64,000 nucleotides of DNA, taken from contig CAJINV010000003.1 in NCBI GenBank assembly GCA_905178155.1, positions 3,963,868-4,027,867 on the forward strand. The letters are read 5' to 3'. Shown one piece after another: positions 61,204 to 64,000 of this stretch (the stretch's first letter is position 1; each line of letters starts with the position of its first letter). This DNA is from Amoebophrya sp. A120 (taxonomy: Eukaryota; Protista; Dinoflagellata). The position numbers were made by a program, and so were the translations under genes. The notes under the pieces are model-generated. The model made no database searches. It was not told where the DNA came from and saw only the letters and a program-made list of their open reading frames with translations.

Positions 61204-64000
61204 TATCCTATGTAAAAACATCCCCACCCCAGAGTTGTCATGCTAAACAAAATGCGACACACTTTGCCCCCCCATTGTACCATGGCCGCAGATGGCTTGG
61301 CACGCAGGACGGGTGGGTCAGGCGGACACCGAAGTGCCATCACCATCATCTCCCGGCCACTATATCCCAACTCTGTTTTCGCCAACCAACCATACTGCGC
61401 CAACAACCATACTGTGCCAACTTGTGCCAACTTGCCAACAGAACAACACCTCACTTTTATGCCAACAATTCCTACCACTGATTCTCGCAAACTTCCAACT
61501 CGCTACCACTATAACGGGAGTATACAGCCAGGCTCACAACAACAAGAAAAAGCTGCAGCCTGCGGCAAAACCCGTAATTCCTGTCTGGATGAATGCATTC
61601 ACTGGAGACACTAAGCGACAAGCGCCAGCCTGAAGTGACGTTTAACAACCAAGTTAAAGGTAAAAGATGCGAGATTGAATACTGATCTTCCTGATCGCTA
61701 GACTTAGCGTTCAAGAAGCATGCTTTCCACATGACCGGAAGCTCGAGGCACAGAAATACAATTGGCAAGGCAGCACAAGTAGAACACGACTCTGCACCCG
61801 ATCCGCAGGCAGCACAAGAAGAAAATGACTCTGCACCCGAACCGCTGGGCTCACGGAACCACCGGGTCTATTATCGGTTTCCTGCTTCGTGGGCACCCAC
61901 TTGGATCGTTGTCAGGGGCTGCTAACTCGAAGGCGATCCAGTCAGGCGTCGTTCACAGCCTCAGCGGCGCCCGACTAGCTACCCGTCCCGGGTACTTGCG
62001 TCTCCGCCGACAAGTACTGAAACTCGTGCAGCTCGGGAACCCGCGACAGCCGGAGATCGGGGGAAGTGGTTTTGCCCGCGCGCCGCCCCTCGGCGGCTTC
62101 TCGCTACCCCGGCTTCGACACCCTCGCGCGAATACCGCCTGAGTCCTCGTATTCCGTATACTCTAGGCGAGTGCCATCCGAAGGTGAAACATGCGACTTC
62201 CACCGGCCCGTTCTAAGGTGGAGGCGATCCGGTGCGACCCGAGCCTTGCCCTTCAACACATATGCACGTAGTCGCCAGCCTACTGCATCGCAGTAGCGCC
62301 TCTCCTACGGAGCTGCATTACACCTTGCCTCAAAGTTCTGTTATCGTGAGCTCTTGTCCGCGCGCCTAGATTGGAGGAAGATAATCTTAGAGAAAAACTA
62401 CATAGCTCACTAGCTTAGCAGGGGGACCAGGCGAGACGGATGCAGTAAAGCCTGTTGCTCGCTGTCATTTTATGAACTGCTTCTGTTCAAAAACCTTAGG
62501 AGAAATGAGCAACGCACCAGCCTAGCACGGGAACAAGGCGAGACGGATGGATCCAATAATAACGCCGCTTTTGGTTCGTGTTGCGCGTTGTGGAATACCA
62601 AAACTTATCAGCTCACGGAAACTTACATGGACATGTTTGAGAGGCCTTTTACTGAGCGACTACTCAGACTGATTCGGGGGGGGCTGGCGGTCTGGACTTC
62701 GGGCCAGGCGGGGAGGCTGGGGGAGGATCTGAGGACTGAGTGGGCGTCCTCCCTGGCTGAACGCACGTCCTCTCCTCTGGTGCGGCGACTGCCACCACGA
62801 TACTGCTCCGCCGCTCCGCAGCACGGCCCTCGTCGTCGACCATAGTATGATGGCGTATTCTCATCTGAAAGAGGAGGCAGAACACGCATGGGATCTTGTC
62901 GCTAGATTTTTATATAAATTCACATTCCTGGCGCAATTCACCCAACGAGCGAAAGCGCGCGGAAACGATGATAATCGAAGGCAGTGCTGACGCGCGCTGC
63001 AGTCCTCGTCGCGGGACGCCCTGCGACGGTCACACTGGCGAGCAAGAAGAGAACCCGGCCGGCACAGCGAGCTACAAGTAGCAAGCCGCGCGAGCCAAGC
63101 TCTCAAACCCCACAGAGCCACGCCCCGGACGTGAAGGTGGGCCAAGCCGTGGAACACGACATGGCCCACCGAACATCTTCCCCAAATGTGACTCAACGGG
63201 GCGGCCTGGCTCTGTCGGTGCAGAGATCCAGGCGCGCGGGGCTGTGTTGTAGCTAGGTAGCGAGCACGTGGGAAACGCGCCGGGGTAGGGCACCACCGTG
63301 GAGCCCGGAACCCGGGCGACGCAGCGGGGTCTTGCTCCCAATCGTGACTAAGTTCCGGGAAGTTCCCGCGGGTATGTGATCTAGCGGACGCAGCACATCG
63401 CGCTGCGACCTGTCTGAGACGCCAGGATTGGCGCTCCAAATGTAAAAAGGCAAATCAAGCGTCCCCAGGTACGCTGGATGAATCGAACGACTCTGGCTCG
63501 TGGAGCAGCAGAGAAATCCGAAACAGGAGAAGGACCTGCTAAAACTGCACCACAGCTCCTCGCCCCCACACCAACCACTGAACCCCTCGACTGCGCTAAT
63601 CACCTGCAGGCAATCAACGCCGGCGGACCGACGTCGAGGGGCGAAGGACGGAGCAACGACGCCGATAGGCTAACGCGCTCAGCTCTCCTTCCAAGTCAGC
63701 ACCCCTGATACCAAAGCACAAGCGACTCAGAGACATCCACATCGTGGACAAAACCAAGCGCCGGCGCAATGGCTACGACAAGGTATTTGCAAACCCCGAA
63801 GAGATGCAGCAACAATGTCGTGGACGCCCAACCCCGACCCAGCACCCGCAGGCGACATCATCGACGTCGCATGTGGTGCACACCAACGAATACTTGCAGC
63901 CTAGCCATGCGACTCAACAACATAACCGCCGCGCCTGCGGGGCTGTGCCTGTGGAGTTGCGCGTCCAGGTGCTGGGAGGTGTGGTGGGGAGAACGAAGCC

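Overview
Eukaryotic, gene-dense, roughly 50% GC DNA. Its gene content and intron style best fit a parasitic dinoflagellate of the Amoebophrya (Syndiniales) type; this assignment is inferred, not demonstrated. The dominant signal is at least 27 complete non-coding elements of 140-397 bp with TA(T/C)...ATA-type inverted termini and a 5-bp target-site duplication (TSD). Every copy outside one array sits inside a coding exon, and removing the element plus one TSD restores the reading frame. They therefore look like transposon-derived non-canonical introns (introners), and they occur in both orientations. Removing them reveals several genes: an Alba-like plus macrodomain-like gene, a Cu/Zn SOD, a dinoflagellate-type secreted coiled-coil protein, a possibly secreted RelE/YoeB-like plus UvrD-family helicase fusion, and two bacterial-type myo-inosose-2 dehydratase (IolE) paralogs that both end in a peroxisomal SRL signal. 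Behind the second IolE copy lies a 3.8 kb array of six copies of the gene's 3' end interleaved with 11 elements. Also present: the last exon of coatomer beta-prime, an ABC1/UbiB kinase, large low-complexity proteins, and an AT-rich island holding two poly(A) retroposon copies, one interrupted by a 1.3 kb TIR element. All exon structures were derived by hand, without RNA data.
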